Shown: positions 51,837 to 62,808, numbered from the stretch's first letter. The stretch: DNA of 64,000 nt from an uncultured Acidobacteriota bacterium (GCA_963836075.1 CAWIIB010000001.1:64001-128000); one strand, 5' to 3'. The notes: generated from the sequence alone by a model not told the origin. Translations and numbers: made by a program.

Positions 51837-52826
51837 ATGGCACATACATCGATACTGGTTTTTGCAGAACAGCGGGACGGCAGTCTGAAGAAGGCCGCCG
51901 TCGAAGCGGTGTCCGAAGGACGGCGAGTGGCCGACCAGCTGGGCGCCGAACTCCACGTGGCCCTGCTGGGCAGCGGGCTGGACAGTCTGGCCGGCGGCCT
52001 CGAGGGCTGGGGCATCGATCAGCTGCACACCGCCGACCACCCCGACCTGCGCTACTACAGCGCTGAAGGCTACAGCCTTGTGCTGGCGGCGATGATCGGT
52101 CAACTCTCACCGTCCGTGGTGCTCCTCCCCGCCACGGCCATGGGCAAGGACGTGGCTCCCCGGGTGGCGGCCATCTGCGGCGCCGGGCTGGCCACCGACT
52201 GCACCGCCCTCTCCGTGGAAGACGGAAGGCTCACGGCCCAGCGGCCGGTCTATGCCGGCAAGGCCATCGCCACCGTGCGCTGGGCCGGGGAGACGATGCA
52301 GATGGCCACCCTGCGGCCCAACGTTTTTGCCGCTTCGACGCGGGATGGTTCCGGCGCACCGGCGGCCGCTCCTTTCACCGTGGAGGGGCTGGAAGGAAAG
52401 ATCCGGGCCCGGGTGCGGGACGTGGAGGGCGGCGGCGGCGGGACAAAGGATGTCACCGAGGCCGACGTGATCGTGGCCGGCGGGCGCGGGATGAAGGGGG
52501 CGGAGCACTTCTCGCTGCTCGAGGACCTGGCCCGCCAGCTCGACGGGGCGGTGGGCGCCTCCCGGGCGGTGGTGGATTCGGGCTGGATCAGTCACCAGGC
52601 ACAGGTGGGTCAGACCGGCAAGACGGTTTCCCCGCAGCTCTACATCGCCTGCGGCATCTCCGGGGCGATCCAGCACCTGGCCGGCATGTCCTCCTCCAAG
52701 TGCATCGTGGCGGTGAACAAGGACCCCGAAGCGCCGATCTTCAAGGTGGCCGACTACGGCATCGTGGGCGACCTGTTCGAAGTGGTTCCGGTGCTCACCG
52801 AGGAGATCGCGCGGCTCAAGGAGTAG
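51837..52826 (+). CDS. etfA: electron transfer flavoprotein alpha subunit
   Basis: [43 protein letters not shown]. Confidence 0.96.
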   Translation: MAHTSILVFAEQRDGSLKKAAVEAVSEGRRVADQLGAELHVALLGSGLDSLAGGLEGWGIDQLHTADHPDLRYYSAEGYSLVLAAMIGQLSPSVVLLPATAMGKDVAPRVAAICGAGLATDCTALSVEDGRLTAQRPVYAGKAIATVRWAGETMQMATLRPNVFAASTRDGSGAPAAAPFTVEGLEGKIRARVRDVEGGGGGTKDVTEADVIVAGGRGMKGAEHFSLLEDLARQLDGAVGASRAVVDSGWISHQAQVGQTGKTVSPQLYIACGISGAIQHLAGMSSSKCIVAVNKDPEAPIFKVADYGIVGDLFEVVPVLTEEIARLKE

Positions 52827-52827
52827 G

Positions 52828-54063
52828 GTGCGATACGAACTCTTCATCGCCCTGCGCTACCTCAAGGCGAGGCGCAAGCAGACCTTCGTCTCTGTGATCA
52901 CCGGGATTTCCATGCTCGGTGTGATCGTCGGGGTCACCGCGCTGGTCATCGCCCTGGCCCTGGCTGCCGGGTTCCGCCAGGATTTCCGGGACAAGATTCT
53001 CGGCGCCGAAGCCCACATCTACATCTACGGGTTCTCTTCGGCCGGGGGCATCACCGACACCGCAGGACTGGTTCGCCGCGCCGAAGCGCAGGACAATGTC
53101 CACGCTGCCGCCCCGATGGCCTGGGGCGTGGGGCTGGTATCCAGCGGACTGGACAACCGTTTCGTCCGGATCAAGGGCGTGGATCCCGCCTCGAATATCC
53201 GCCAGGTGGTGGATTTCAGCAGCTACCTGGTGTCCGGAATGCTGGAAGACCTCCAGCCGGCGGCCGGCCGGCGGCCGGGGATCATCCTCGGCCAGGGGCT
53301 GGCCAGAGTGCTCGGTTCCGGCGTGGGGGACACGGTGCGGGTTCTGACCCAGAACGGGTCCCTCTCTCCGCTGGGTCTCCTGCCCCGCCCCCGCTCCTTC
53401 CGGGTGGCCGGCATCTTTTCTTCGGGTATGTCGGACTACGACGACCAGTGGGCCTTTGTCTCGCTGGCTGAGGCACGGCGGCTGCTGTCGCTGGAAGCCG
53501 GGGCCAGCGTGGTGCTGGTGCGGGTGGAGGACGTGGGCCGGCTGGAACAGACCCGGGAGGACCTTGCCGGGGAACTGGGACAGGGATACCTGGTCAAGGA
53601 CATCCTCACCGAGAACCGTCCGCTCTTTTCGGCGCTGAAAGTGGAGAAGTTGATGACCTTCATCACCATCGGCCTGATCGTGATGGTGGCCGCCCTCAAT
53701 ATTGTCTCCAGCCTGGTGATGATGGTGATGGAGAAGACGCGGGACATTGCCGTGCTGCGGTCCATGGGGGCCACCCGGGGGGCGATCACCAGGATCTTCA
53801 TCTACCAGGGCAGCATCGTCGGGATTGCGGGGACCCTGGTGGGCTGCGCCGCGGGGTTCGTCTCGGCCCGGCTGCTCGACAGTTGGCAATTGATCCGCCT
53901 CGATCCCCGGGTCTACTACATTGACTATGTGCCCTTCCGTATCATGCCCCTCGATTTCACCCTGGTGGCCGTCACGGCGGTGTTGATCAGTTTCCTGGCC
54001 ACCCTCTACCCGGCCTGGCAGGCGGCTCGCCTGGAACCGGCGGAGGCGCTGCGCTATGAGTGA
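52828..54063 (+). CDS. lolE: lipoprotein-releasing ABC transporter permease LolC/E
   Basis: IALRYL, ISMLGV, MVMEKTRDIAVLRSMGA, LATLYPA...P.EALRYE. Confidence 0.9.
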   Translation: MRYELFIALRYLKARRKQTFVSVITGISMLGVIVGVTALVIALALAAGFRQDFRDKILGAEAHIYIYGFSSAGGITDTAGLVRRAEAQDNVHAAAPMAWGVGLVSSGLDNRFVRIKGVDPASNIRQVVDFSSYLVSGMLEDLQPAAGRRPGIILGQGLARVLGSGVGDTVRVLTQNGSLSPLGLLPRPRSFRVAGIFSSGMSDYDDQWAFVSLAEARRLLSLEAGASVVLVRVEDVGRLEQTREDLAGELGQGYLVKDILTENRPLFSALKVEKLMTFITIGLIVMVAALNIVSSLVMMVMEKTRDIAVLRSMGATRGAITRIFIYQGSIVGIAGTLVGCAAGFVSARLLDSWQLIRLDPRVYYIDYVPFRIMPLDFTLVAVTAVLISFLATLYPAWQAARLEPAEALRYE

Positions 54064-54766
54064 TTCGGCGGACAGCCGGACGCCGCTGCTGGAGTGCCGC
54101 CGGCTGCACAAGTCGTTCACCCTCGGCTCCGGCGGGCGGGTGGACGTTCTCTGCGGCCTGGACCTGCAGGTGCCCCGGGGGGAGATCCTGGCCATCACCG
54201 GTGCTTCCGGGGTGGGCAAGAGCACCCTGCTCCACGTCCTGGGGGCGCTGGAGCCGCCCGATTCGGGAACTATCCATTTTCAGGGTGAAGACCTCTATGC
54301 CCGGGGGCGGAACGGCCTGGCCGGTTTTCGCAACCGGCGGATCGGTTTTATCTTCCAGTTCCACCACCTGCTGCCCGAGTTCTCCGCCCTGGAAAACGCG
54401 ATGATGCCCGCGCTGATCGCCGGGGAGCCGCGCGGCCGTGCCGCTGAACGGGCGCGGGAACTGCTGCAAGCCGTCGAGCTGGGCCACCGGCTGGGACAAC
54501 GGCCGGGCAAGCTGTCCGGCGGCGAACAGCAGCGGGTGGCCATCGCCCGGGCACTGGTGATGAACCCTGACCTGGTGCTGGCTGACGAGCCCACGGGAAA
54601 CCTCGACTCGGGCAGCAGCCGCAATGTTCACGGGATCTTCCACCGGCTCCAGGCGGACCGCGGATTCACGGCTGTCCTGGCCACCCACAACCCCGAATTG
54701 GCCGCGGCCGCCGACCGGGTGCTGCGCATGGAGGAGGGGCTGCTGCACCAACCGGCGGAGCCGTGA
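54056..54766 (+). CDS. lolD: lipoprotein-releasing ABC transporter ATPase
   Basis: [45 protein letters not shown]. Confidence 0.92.
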   Translation: MSDSADSRTPLLECRRLHKSFTLGSGGRVDVLCGLDLQVPRGEILAITGASGVGKSTLLHVLGALEPPDSGTIHFQGEDLYARGRNGLAGFRNRRIGFIFQFHHLLPEFSALENAMMPALIAGEPRGRAAERARELLQAVELGHRLGQRPGKLSGGEQQRVAIARALVMNPDLVLADEPTGNLDSGSSRNVHGIFHRLQADRGFTAVLATHNPELAAAADRVLRMEEGLLHQPAEP

Positions 54767-54807
54767 TCCGTCCTCTACCGGCCCGTTGTGTCCTCTGCTT
54801 GCCACAC

Positions 54808-54836
54808 TTGCTGAAACCCGCGTTTCGTTGCATAAT
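54808..54836 (+). promoter_or_regulatory. promoter of clpC-bamA operon
   Basis: TTGCTG-17 bp-CATAAT. Confidence 0.5.
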
Positions 54837-54886
54837 CAGGGAGTGGAATATGGTCAACGAACAGGAACCGGAAGTAGGAAGACCTG

Positions 54887-57334
54887 ATGTTCGAACGATA
54901 CACTGAAAGAGCGCGGCGGGTTCTGTTTTTCGCCCGTTACGAGGCGAGCCAGATGGGCAGCCGGAACATTGCTCCGGAACACCTGCTCCTCGGCCTGATC
55001 CGTGAGGGCGAGGAGATCACCCGCCAGCTGTTCCAGCGGGCCCGGGTGGAGATGGAAGCGGTGAAGAGCGAGATCGAATCGCGCTCGGAGATCCAGGAGA
55101 AGATCTCCACCTCGGTGGAAATACCGCTGAGCCAGGAGACGAAAAAGGTGCTGCACTATGCCTCGGAAGAGGCCGAAGCGCTGATGCACAAGTATGTGGG
55201 CAGCGAGCACCTGCTGCTGGGGCTGCTGCGGGAAAAGGGTTCTCTGGCCGGGCAGATCCTGGCCGAGAAGGGGATGAAGGTCTTTTCGGTGCGCGAGGAC
55301 GCGCTGCTGCTGCAGAAGGAGAAGGGCCAGACCATCCGCAAGAAGAAGAAGGAACTGCCCTTCCTTACCGAATTCTCCCGGGACCTCACCGCCCTGGCCG
55401 GGCAGGACGTGTTCGACCCGCTGATCGGCCGGGACAAGGAACTGGAGCGGATCGTCCAGATTCTCTGCCGCCGGCACAAGAACAACCCGATCCTGCTGGG
55501 CGAAGCCGGGGTGGGGAAGACGGCCATCGTCGAGGGGCTGGCCCAGCGGATCAACAAGAGCAAAGTTCCGGTCACCCTGAGCAACCGCCGGTTGTTCGCC
55601 CTCGACCTGTCGCTGATCGTGGCCGGCACCAAGTATCGCGGCCAGTTCGAGGAGCGGCTGAAATCCATACTCAACGAGCTGACGGAAAACAAGAACATCA
55701 TCATCTTCATCGATGAGATCCACACCCTGGTGGGGGCCGGGTCGGCCGAGGGCAGTCTCGACGCGGCGAACATTCTCAAGCCGGTGCTGGCCCGGGGCGA
55801 GGTGCAGTGCATCGGCTCCACCACCCCGCGGGAATACCGCCGCTACATCGAGAAGGACCGTTCCCTGCTGCGCCGTTTCCAGTCGGTGAACGTCTCCCAG
55901 CCCAACGAGGACGAAGCGCTGGACATCCTCCACGGCATCCGCGAGCGTTACGAGCAGTTCCACAATGTCCGCTACGAGGATGATGCGCTCCGCTCCTCGG
56001 TCTACCAGTCGAACCGCTACATCAGTGACCGCTTTCTTCCCGACAAGGCCATCGACGTGCTGGACGAGGCCGGGTCGCTGGTCAAACTGCGCGATGGCGA
56101 CAGCACCCTCGACGTGCGCGAGATGGAAGGCCGGATCTCCAAGTCCATCGAGCAGATGAAGGAGGCGATCTCCAAGAAGGATTTCGAGACGGCCGCCCGC
56201 TTCCGCGAAGAGGAACTGACGCTGCAGAAGCAGATGAAGGGGCTCAAGGAACGCTGGGCCGAGGAGGATCGCGGCGAACAGTTGCTGGTGACCAAGGAGG
56301 AGATCCTGGAGGTCATCTCCAACTGGACCGGCATTCCGGTCTCCTCCATCCGCAAGGAGGAGAGCGAGAAACTGCTCAACATGGAAGACGGCCTGCACGA
56401 GCGGATCGTGGGGCAGGACGAGGCGATCAGCGCCCTCTCCCGGGCGATCCGCCGGTCCCGCGCCGGCCTGAAGAGCCCGGCCCGGCCGGTGGGCTCCTTC
56501 ATCTTCCTCGGGCCCACCGGGGTGGGCAAGACCGAGGTGGCCCGCTCCCTGGCCGAGTTCCTCTTCGGCAGCGAGCGTTCGCTGATCCGCTTCGACATGT
56601 CGGAGTACATGGAACGGCACTCGGTGGCCAAGCTGATCGGATCGCCGCCCGGCTACGTGGGCTACGAAGAGGGCGGGTTGCTCACCGAACGGGTCAAGCG
56701 CAATCCGTATTCGGTGGTCTTGCTGGATGAGATCGAAAAGGCCCACCCGCAGGTCTACAATATCCTGCTCCAGGTCTTCGACGACGGCCAGATCACCGAC
56801 GCCTTCGGCAACCTGATTGATTTCAAGAACACCCTGGTGCTGATGACCTCCAACATCGGCGCGCGGATCATCCAGAAGCAGGGCCGGATGGGCTTCCGCT
56901 CAGCGGAGGCGGGGGCCGTATCCCGCGATATCCGCGAGCGGGTGATGGCCGAGGTGAAAAAGGAGTTCAATCCCGAGTTTCTCAACCGGCTGGACGACGT
57001 GATCGTTTTTGATCCGCTCACCGACGAAGACCTGCTGGCCATCTGCCGGATGATGATCCGTCTGTTGAACGAGACCATGGGGGAATCGAATATCACCCTC
57101 GCCATTTCCACCGAGGCCTGCCGCTGGCTGGTCAATGAGACCTGCCACGAAAAGATTTACGGGGCCCGTCCGCTGCGGCGGGGGATCCAGAAATTTATCG
57201 AGGACCCGCTGTCCGAGTGGATGCTCTCCCGGACGACCGACGACATCTCGGGAGAGATCACGGTTGACCTGAAGGACAACCGCATTGTTTTCCACCAGGC
57301 CCGGACCGGAGAAATGATCAACGTCACATCCTAA
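54887..57334 (+). CDS. clpC: ATP-dependent Clp protease ATP-binding subunit ClpC
   Basis: MFERYTERARR Clp-N; GEAGVGKT; UVR-like middle; GPTGVGKT; MGF ClpP-docking loop; GARPLRR. Confidence 0.93.
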   Translation: MFERYTERARRVLFFARYEASQMGSRNIAPEHLLLGLIREGEEITRQLFQRARVEMEAVKSEIESRSEIQEKISTSVEIPLSQETKKVLHYASEEAEALMHKYVGSEHLLLGLLREKGSLAGQILAEKGMKVFSVREDALLLQKEKGQTIRKKKKELPFLTEFSRDLTALAGQDVFDPLIGRDKELERIVQILCRRHKNNPILLGEAGVGKTAIVEGLAQRINKSKVPVTLSNRRLFALDLSLIVAGTKYRGQFEERLKSILNELTENKNIIIFIDEIHTLVGAGSAEGSLDAANILKPVLARGEVQCIGSTTPREYRRYIEKDRSLLRRFQSVNVSQPNEDEALDILHGIRERYEQFHNVRYEDDALRSSVYQSNRYISDRFLPDKAIDVLDEAGSLVKLRDGDSTLDVREMEGRISKSIEQMKEAISKKDFETAARFREEELTLQKQMKGLKERWAEEDRGEQLLVTKEEILEVISNWTGIPVSSIRKEESEKLLNMEDGLHERIVGQDEAISALSRAIRRSRAGLKSPARPVGSFIFLGPTGVGKTEVARSLAEFLFGSERSLIRFDMSEYMERHSVAKLIGSPPGYVGYEEGGLLTERVKRNPYSVVLLDEIEKAHPQVYNILLQVFDDGQITDAFGNLIDFKNTLVLMTSNIGARIIQKQGRMGFRSAEAGAVSRDIRERVMAEVKKEFNPEFLNRLDDVIVFDPLTDEDLLAICRMMIRLLNETMGESNITLAISTEACRWLVNETCHEKIYGARPLRRGIQKFIEDPLSEWMLSRTTDDISGEITVDLKDNRIVFHQARTGEMINVTS

Positions 57335-57346
57335 CGGGAATCCCCG

Positions 57347-59749
57347 ATGACCCTTTCCCAGTGTAGCGCCAAACGTTCCGACGGACGTCGTTTGTACCTG
57401 CCGGCTCTCCTGCTCCTCCAGCTGCTGCTCTTCCCGCTGCCCGTCCGGGCGCAGACCGATGGCCCGCTGATCGAGTCCATCGAGGTGCGCAACAACTACG
57501 AGGTCCAGGAGCAGGTGGTTACCTATCCCCTGCGGCTGAAGGTCGGCGACGCATACGACGAGCGGATCCTGCAGGAGGATTTCCGCAAAATCATGGATAC
57601 CGGCTTCTTCGATCGTGTGCGGCTCCACGTGCATGACGGCGAGACCGGGAAACGGCTGGTCTTCTGGGTCCAGGAGCGACCGGTGGTGAAGAGTGTCGAC
57701 TACCGCGGGTTCAAGAAGTCGCTCTCCAAGTCCAACATCGAGGAACAGCTGCAGGACGAAGGCCTCGAACTGAAGATCAACTCCCGTCTTGATTACAGCC
57801 TGATCGAGAAGATCCGCAGCGGCATCAAGGACCTGCTCTACGAGAAGGGATTTGAAAACGCCACGGTGGGCGTGGACATTCAAACGGTTTCACCGGTGGC
57901 CCGGGCGGTCTACTTCAACATCACCGAGGGGAGCAAGGTCAAGATTGGCGATGTGAAATTCACCGGCAACACGCTCTTTTCCCAGCGGCGGCTGCGCTGG
58001 AAGATGAAAAAGACATCGCGCACCTGGCTGTTTTCCTTCCTGACCCAGCACAACATCTACAGCCAGGCCAGCTACGACGAGGACATCCAGAACGTGCTCA
58101 ACCTCTACCGCGAGCGCGGATACGCCAAGGCCCGGGCCGGCGAGCCGGTGATCGAGAGCATCAACGTGGCCCGCGAGGGCAAGGACCCCAAGAACAGGCT
58201 CTTCATCACCATCCCCCTGGAGGAGGGTGAGCAGTACCGGATCAACTCCATCGCCGTGGAGGGCAACGAGCTGTTCACCGACGATGAGATCCTGTCCACC
58301 ATCAAACTGTTGCCGGGAGACGTCTTCAACCAGACCGAGATCCGGGAGGCCCTGGAGGGCATCGACACCGGGTACGGTGTCCGGGGTTTCATTTTTGCCT
58401 ACACCGACCCGATGGTCACCTACGACGACAACGCCCTGACCGCGGACCTGACCCTGCGGATCCGGGAGGGGGAGAAGTTCTTCCTCCGCCGGTTGGAGTT
58501 CGAAGGCAACAGCTCAACCCGGGACAAGGTGCTGCGCCGCGAGGTGCGGATGCGAGAGGGTGACGTGTTCAACGAGGAGGCGTTCAAGAACAGCCTGCTC
58601 AAGGTCAACCAGCTGGGCTATTTCACCCTGCTGGAAGAGCCGAACAACCCCGAGGTGATCCCCTCCATGGAGGGCAACGAGGTGGACGTGATCATCAAGG
58701 GGGAGGAGACCAACCGCAACCAGCTTGAAGTGGGCGGCGGGGTCAGCGGCCTGGAGGGCGCTTTCGGCCGGCTGATGTTCTCCACCCGCAACTTCCTCGG
58801 CCGTGGCGCCACCCTCAGCGCCGAAGCGCTGATCGGCACCAGGGCCGACCGTTATTCCATCAGTTACACCGAGCCGTATATCTTCGACCGGCCCTACATC
58901 TTCGGCGCCGAACTGTACAAGCGGAACTACATTTATTACGACCAGTATCAGGACCGGACCGGCGCCGGCACCCGCTTCGGTATGTCGTTGGGCTATTTCT
59001 CCCGAATCATGCTCCGTTATTCGTACGAACTGATCGACGTCGAGTACCGTCCGGGTCCACTGCTGCCCTGGGAACCGCCTCAGCTGGGTGAACCGCTGCC
59101 CCCATATTTTGACTACAGCTCCCTCTACGAAGAGGGGCGAACCGTCATTTCCAGCATCATGCCCTCCTATACCTACTCCACCATCGACAACCCGTTCCGG
59201 CCGTCCCGGGGCCGCGAGCTGCAACTCTCGCTGCAGATCGCCGGCGGGCCTTTCGGCGGTGAAAAGTCGTTCTACAAGCCGATTGCGCGGTTCGCCCAGT
59301 ATTTCAAGGCCTTCAAGCGGACCTTCTTCGCGTTCAATACCGCGGCGACCTACATCAAGGAATACAACAACAGCGACATCCCCGGCTTCGAGCGGCTGTT
59401 CCTCGGCGGAGAGATGACGATACGCGGCACGGAAATCCGTACCGTCGGCCCGGTCAGCCCCACCGGGGTGTTCATCGGCGGGACATCATCGATGCTCTTC
59501 AACCTCGAGTACCACATCCCGATCAAGGAAACGCCGGTGGAGGGGCTGCTCTTTTTTGATGCCGGCAACTCTTTTCTCGAGGAAGACGCGTTCGACTTCA
59601 AGAACCTGGTTTACTCCTACGGTGTGGAGGTTCGGGTCTACCTGCCCATTTTCCCCTACCCGCTCCGTTTCATCTACTCGTTCCTGCCCGATCCACCGCC
59701 GCGGAATTCCTCCACCGACTTCCAGTTTTCCATCGGGTCGACCTTTTGA
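57347..59749 (+). CDS. bamA: outer membrane protein assembly factor BamA
   Basis: POTRA repeats (GN..T.DKVLRRE), NFLGRG, ERLFLGG, C-terminal FQFSIGSTF. Confidence 0.94.
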   Translation: MTLSQCSAKRSDGRRLYLPALLLLQLLLFPLPVRAQTDGPLIESIEVRNNYEVQEQVVTYPLRLKVGDAYDERILQEDFRKIMDTGFFDRVRLHVHDGETGKRLVFWVQERPVVKSVDYRGFKKSLSKSNIEEQLQDEGLELKINSRLDYSLIEKIRSGIKDLLYEKGFENATVGVDIQTVSPVARAVYFNITEGSKVKIGDVKFTGNTLFSQRRLRWKMKKTSRTWLFSFLTQHNIYSQASYDEDIQNVLNLYRERGYAKARAGEPVIESINVAREGKDPKNRLFITIPLEEGEQYRINSIAVEGNELFTDDEILSTIKLLPGDVFNQTEIREALEGIDTGYGVRGFIFAYTDPMVTYDDNALTADLTLRIREGEKFFLRRLEFEGNSSTRDKVLRREVRMREGDVFNEEAFKNSLLKVNQLGYFTLLEEPNNPEVIPSMEGNEVDVIIKGEETNRNQLEVGGGVSGLEGAFGRLMFSTRNFLGRGATLSAEALIGTRADRYSISYTEPYIFDRPYIFGAELYKRNYIYYDQYQDRTGAGTRFGMSLGYFSRIMLRYSYELIDVEYRPGPLLPWEPPQLGEPLPPYFDYSSLYEEGRTVISSIMPSYTYSTIDNPFRPSRGRELQLSLQIAGGPFGGEKSFYKPIARFAQYFKAFKRTFFAFNTAATYIKEYNNSDIPGFERLFLGGEMTIRGTEIRTVGPVSPTGVFIGGTSSMLFNLEYHIPIKETPVEGLLFFDAGNSFLEEDAFDFKNLVYSYGVEVRVYLPIFPYPLRFIYSFLPDPPPRNSSTDFQFSIGSTF

Positions 59750-59867
59750 CCGCCGGCGCGCCGCGCATCGGATGGCCGGCCCGGGTCGGGGGGGGTGGAC
59801 GGATGAGGCGCATTTTGATAGAAAAGTCATTCCTCTTCATCAAACCGTCTTGCAAAGGAGAGTCTTC

Positions 59868-60446
59868 ATGGTCCACGCAGCAAAACATCTCAATCCCCTC
59901 CTGATCATCGGGCTTGCCCTTTGCCTGCTCTGGTCGATCTCTCCCGCCGCCGCCCAGGAGCAGGCTCCGGTAAAAATCGGTGTCCTCGACCTCCAGGGGG
60001 TGATGGAGAATTCGGTTCAGGGGAAGCGGTTCCAGGCGGAGATGGAAAAGCTCACTGCCGGGAAGCAGCAGGAAATCTCGTCTCGAGAAGAAAAGATCCA
60101 GGGCATCCAGCGCGAACTGGACGCCGGGGCCAACGTGCTCAGCGATCAGGCCAAGCGGGAAAAACAGGAAGAGGCCGAGCGGCTGATCATCGAACTGCGC
60201 CGTTATCGCGACGATGCCGAGCGGGAACTGGAGAGCCGCTACCGCCGGATGCTGGCCGACGTGGAAGAGAAGATCCTGCCCATCATCACCGCGTTCGGGG
60301 AGCAGAACAGCTACACCCTGATCCTGGCCCGGATGCAGAGCGGCCTGGTCTATGCATCGCGGACCACCGATGTCACCCCTGATATAGTCAAGCTCTTTGA
60401 CGAGGCGGTGACCGCGGCGGACGGGGCCGGACCGGTGGCCCAGTAA
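59868..60446 (+). CDS. skp: OmpH/Skp periplasmic chaperone
   Basis: Signal peptide, KIGVLD, coiled coil, YTLIL, DVT; between bamA and lpxD. Confidence 0.9.
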   Translation: MVHAAKHLNPLLIIGLALCLLWSISPAAAQEQAPVKIGVLDLQGVMENSVQGKRFQAEMEKLTAGKQQEISSREEKIQGIQRELDAGANVLSDQAKREKQEEAERLIIELRRYRDDAERELESRYRRMLADVEEKILPIITAFGEQNSYTLILARMQSGLVYASRTTDVTPDIVKLFDEAVTAADGAGPVAQ

Positions 60447-60487
60447 GGGAACAAGCCGTGAGGGCTGTTCCGCCACGAGGAGGCATT

Positions 60488-61543
60488 GTGTCCGAACAGC
60501 GCAGCCACGTACGGTTCACCCTGGGCCAGCTGGCGGAGCAGCTTGGCGGTCAGCTGGTGGGGGACAGCGAGCTGTGGCTCACCGGCATCCGGCCCCTGCA
60601 GGACGCCGGCCCCGGTGACCTCAGTTTCTTCACCAACCCCAAATACCGTCGACTGCTGGACAGCACGGCCGCGGGAGCGATCATCGTCCCTGAAGGTGTC
60701 CTGCCGCCGGGGAAAAACCTCATTGTCTGCGCCCACCCCTATTCGGCCTTTGCCCTGTCCCTCGAACTGTTCCACCCCCGTCCCGCCCCCGCGGAAACCG
60801 GCATTTCACCCCAGGCGCACGTGGCCGGCGACTGCCGGCTGGGGACGGGCGTCACGGTGATGCCCCTGGCCTTTGTCGGCCCCGGGTGCTCGCTGGGCGA
60901 CAGGGTGCTGATCATGCCCGGGGCCGTGCTGGCCGGCGAGGTGCAGGTGGGGGCTGAGACGGTGATCCACCCCAACGTCACCGTGGGCCAGGGAACGAAA
61001 ATCGGACGCCGGGTGGTGATCCACGGCGGGACGGTGCTGGGCAGCGACGGCTTCGGCTACGTGCCCGGCCCGGATGGGCGGCAACGTAAAATACCCCAGG
61101 TGGGGCGGGTGGTGGTGGAGGACGATGTCGAGATCGGCGCCAACGTCACCGTGGACCGCGCCACCCTGGGCGAGACACGGATCGGCCGGGGGACAAAAAT
61201 CGACAACCTGGTGCAGATCGCGCACAATGTCAGGGTGGGAGAGGACTCCATCCTGGTCTCCCAGGTGGGGATTTCGGGCAGCACACGACTGGGTGACCGG
61301 GTGACCATTGCCGGCCAGGCCGGGGTGGCCGGCCACATCGAGGTGGGCGACGGGGTCACCATCACGGCCCGGGCCGGGGTGACCAAGAGCGTTCGGGGGG
61401 CAGGTTTCTATTCCGGGTTTCCGCTGATGGAGCACCAACGGTGGCGCAAGGTTCACGCCGCCTACAGCAGGCTCCCCGAATTGCTGCAGAGACTGAAACG
61501 ACTGGAGAAGGCGGTGAAAAAATCCACCGGGACCGAGGAGTAG
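60488..61543 (+). CDS. lpxD: UDP-3-O-acylglucosamine N-acyltransferase
   Basis: Hexapeptide repeats, [34 protein letters not shown]. Confidence 0.96.
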   Translation: MSEQRSHVRFTLGQLAEQLGGQLVGDSELWLTGIRPLQDAGPGDLSFFTNPKYRRLLDSTAAGAIIVPEGVLPPGKNLIVCAHPYSAFALSLELFHPRPAPAETGISPQAHVAGDCRLGTGVTVMPLAFVGPGCSLGDRVLIMPGAVLAGEVQVGAETVIHPNVTVGQGTKIGRRVVIHGGTVLGSDGFGYVPGPDGRQRKIPQVGRVVVEDDVEIGANVTVDRATLGETRIGRGTKIDNLVQIAHNVRVGEDSILVSQVGISGSTRLGDRVTIAGQAGVAGHIEVGDGVTITARAGVTKSVRGAGFYSGFPLMEHQRWRKVHAAYSRLPELLQRLKRLEKAVKKSTGTEE

Positions 61544-61546
61544 CCA

Positions 61547-61984
61547 TTGATGACCATCGATTTTCGCGAAATACTGGAGATCATGCCGCACCGCTATCCG
61601 TTCCTCCTGGTGGACCGGATCCTGGAATGCGAGAAGGGGAAGCGGGTGGTGGGGATCAAGAACGTGACCTTCAACGAACCGTTCTTCCAGGGCCATTTCC
61701 CCGGGGCGCCGGTGATGCCCGGCGTGCTGATTCTCGAGGCCATGGGCCAGGTGGGGGCGGTGCTCCTGCTGCAGGCGGTGCCTGACCGGGAAAAGAAGTT
61801 GATCTACTTCGTCGGCATCGACGAGGCCCGGTTCCGGCAGCCGGTGGTGCCGGGCGACCAGCTCCGCTTCGAGCTTGAGGTGTTGCGGCAGAAACCGAAG
61901 ATCGCCAAGGTCAAGGGGCGCGCCTACGTCGAGGACAAGCTGGTGGCCGACGCGGTCCTGACATCCTTTATCGTCGACCGCTGA
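61547..61984 (+). CDS. fabZ: 3-hydroxyacyl-ACP dehydratase
   Basis: [30 protein letters not shown]. Confidence 0.97.
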   Translation: MMTIDFREILEIMPHRYPFLLVDRILECEKGKRVVGIKNVTFNEPFFQGHFPGAPVMPGVLILEAMGQVGAVLLLQAVPDREKKLIYFVGIDEARFRQPVVPGDQLRFELEVLRQKPKIAKVKGRAYVEDKLVADAVLTSFIVDR

Positions 61985-61998
61985 GCGGAGGAGAGACA

Positions 61999-62772
61999 AT
62001 GATCATTCACCCCACGGCCGTCATCCACTCCACGGCGGAACTGGAAGAGGATGTCCGGGTCGGCCCGTATTGCGTGGTCGGCCAGAATGTGCACATCGGC
62101 TCCGGCAGCGAACTGGTCTCCCACGTGGTGGTGGGACGAGACACGCGGATCGGCGCCGGGAATCAGATCTACCCCTTCGCCTCCATCGGGTTTGCCCCGC
62201 AGGATCTCAAATACGACGGCGAGCCGACCAGGGTGGAGATGGGTGACCGCAACACCATCCGCGAGTATGTCACCGTCAACCGCGGCACCGCCGGCGGGGG
62301 CGGGGTCACCCGGCTGGGAGACGACAATTTCTTCATGGCTTACGCCCACGTGGCCCACGACAGCCTGGTGGGGAACCGGACCATTTTTGCCAATGCCGCG
62401 TCACTGGCCGGTCATGTGGAGGTCCAGGACGACGCCACGGTGGGTGCCTTTTCCGGGGTTCACCAGTTCTGCCGGGTGGGGGCCCACGGCTTCATCGGCG
62501 GCTATTCGGCGGCCAACAAGGACGTGCTGCCGTACTCGAGGACCGTGGGCAACCGGGCCAGGGCCTACGGCGCCAACACCATCGGCCTGCAGCGCAAGGG
62601 CATCAGCGAGGAGAGCATCGCCGCCATCACCAGGGCCTACCGCATTCTGCTCTCGTCCAAACTGAACACCTCGCAGGCTGTGGAGCGGATCAGGTCCGAG
62701 ATCACCGGGGTGCCCGAGGTGGACTACCTGGTGCGCTTTATCGAGGAATCGGAACGGGGCGTGGTCAAATAG
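61999..62772 (+). CDS. lpxA: acyl-ACP--UDP-N-acetylglucosamine O-acyltransferase
   Basis: IHPTA, PQDLKY, IREYVTVNRGT, HVAHD, LAGHV, VHQF. Confidence 0.96.
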   Translation: MIIHPTAVIHSTAELEEDVRVGPYCVVGQNVHIGSGSELVSHVVVGRDTRIGAGNQIYPFASIGFAPQDLKYDGEPTRVEMGDRNTIREYVTVNRGTAGGGGVTRLGDDNFFMAYAHVAHDSLVGNRTIFANAASLAGHVEVQDDATVGAFSGVHQFCRVGAHGFIGGYSAANKDVLPYSRTVGNRARAYGANTIGLQRKGISEESIAAITRAYRILLSSKLNTSQAVERIRSEITGVPEVDYLVRFIEESERGVVK

Positions 62773-62808
62773 GTGCCGACCCGCCAGGGGACGGCAGGGG
62801 AGGGACCG

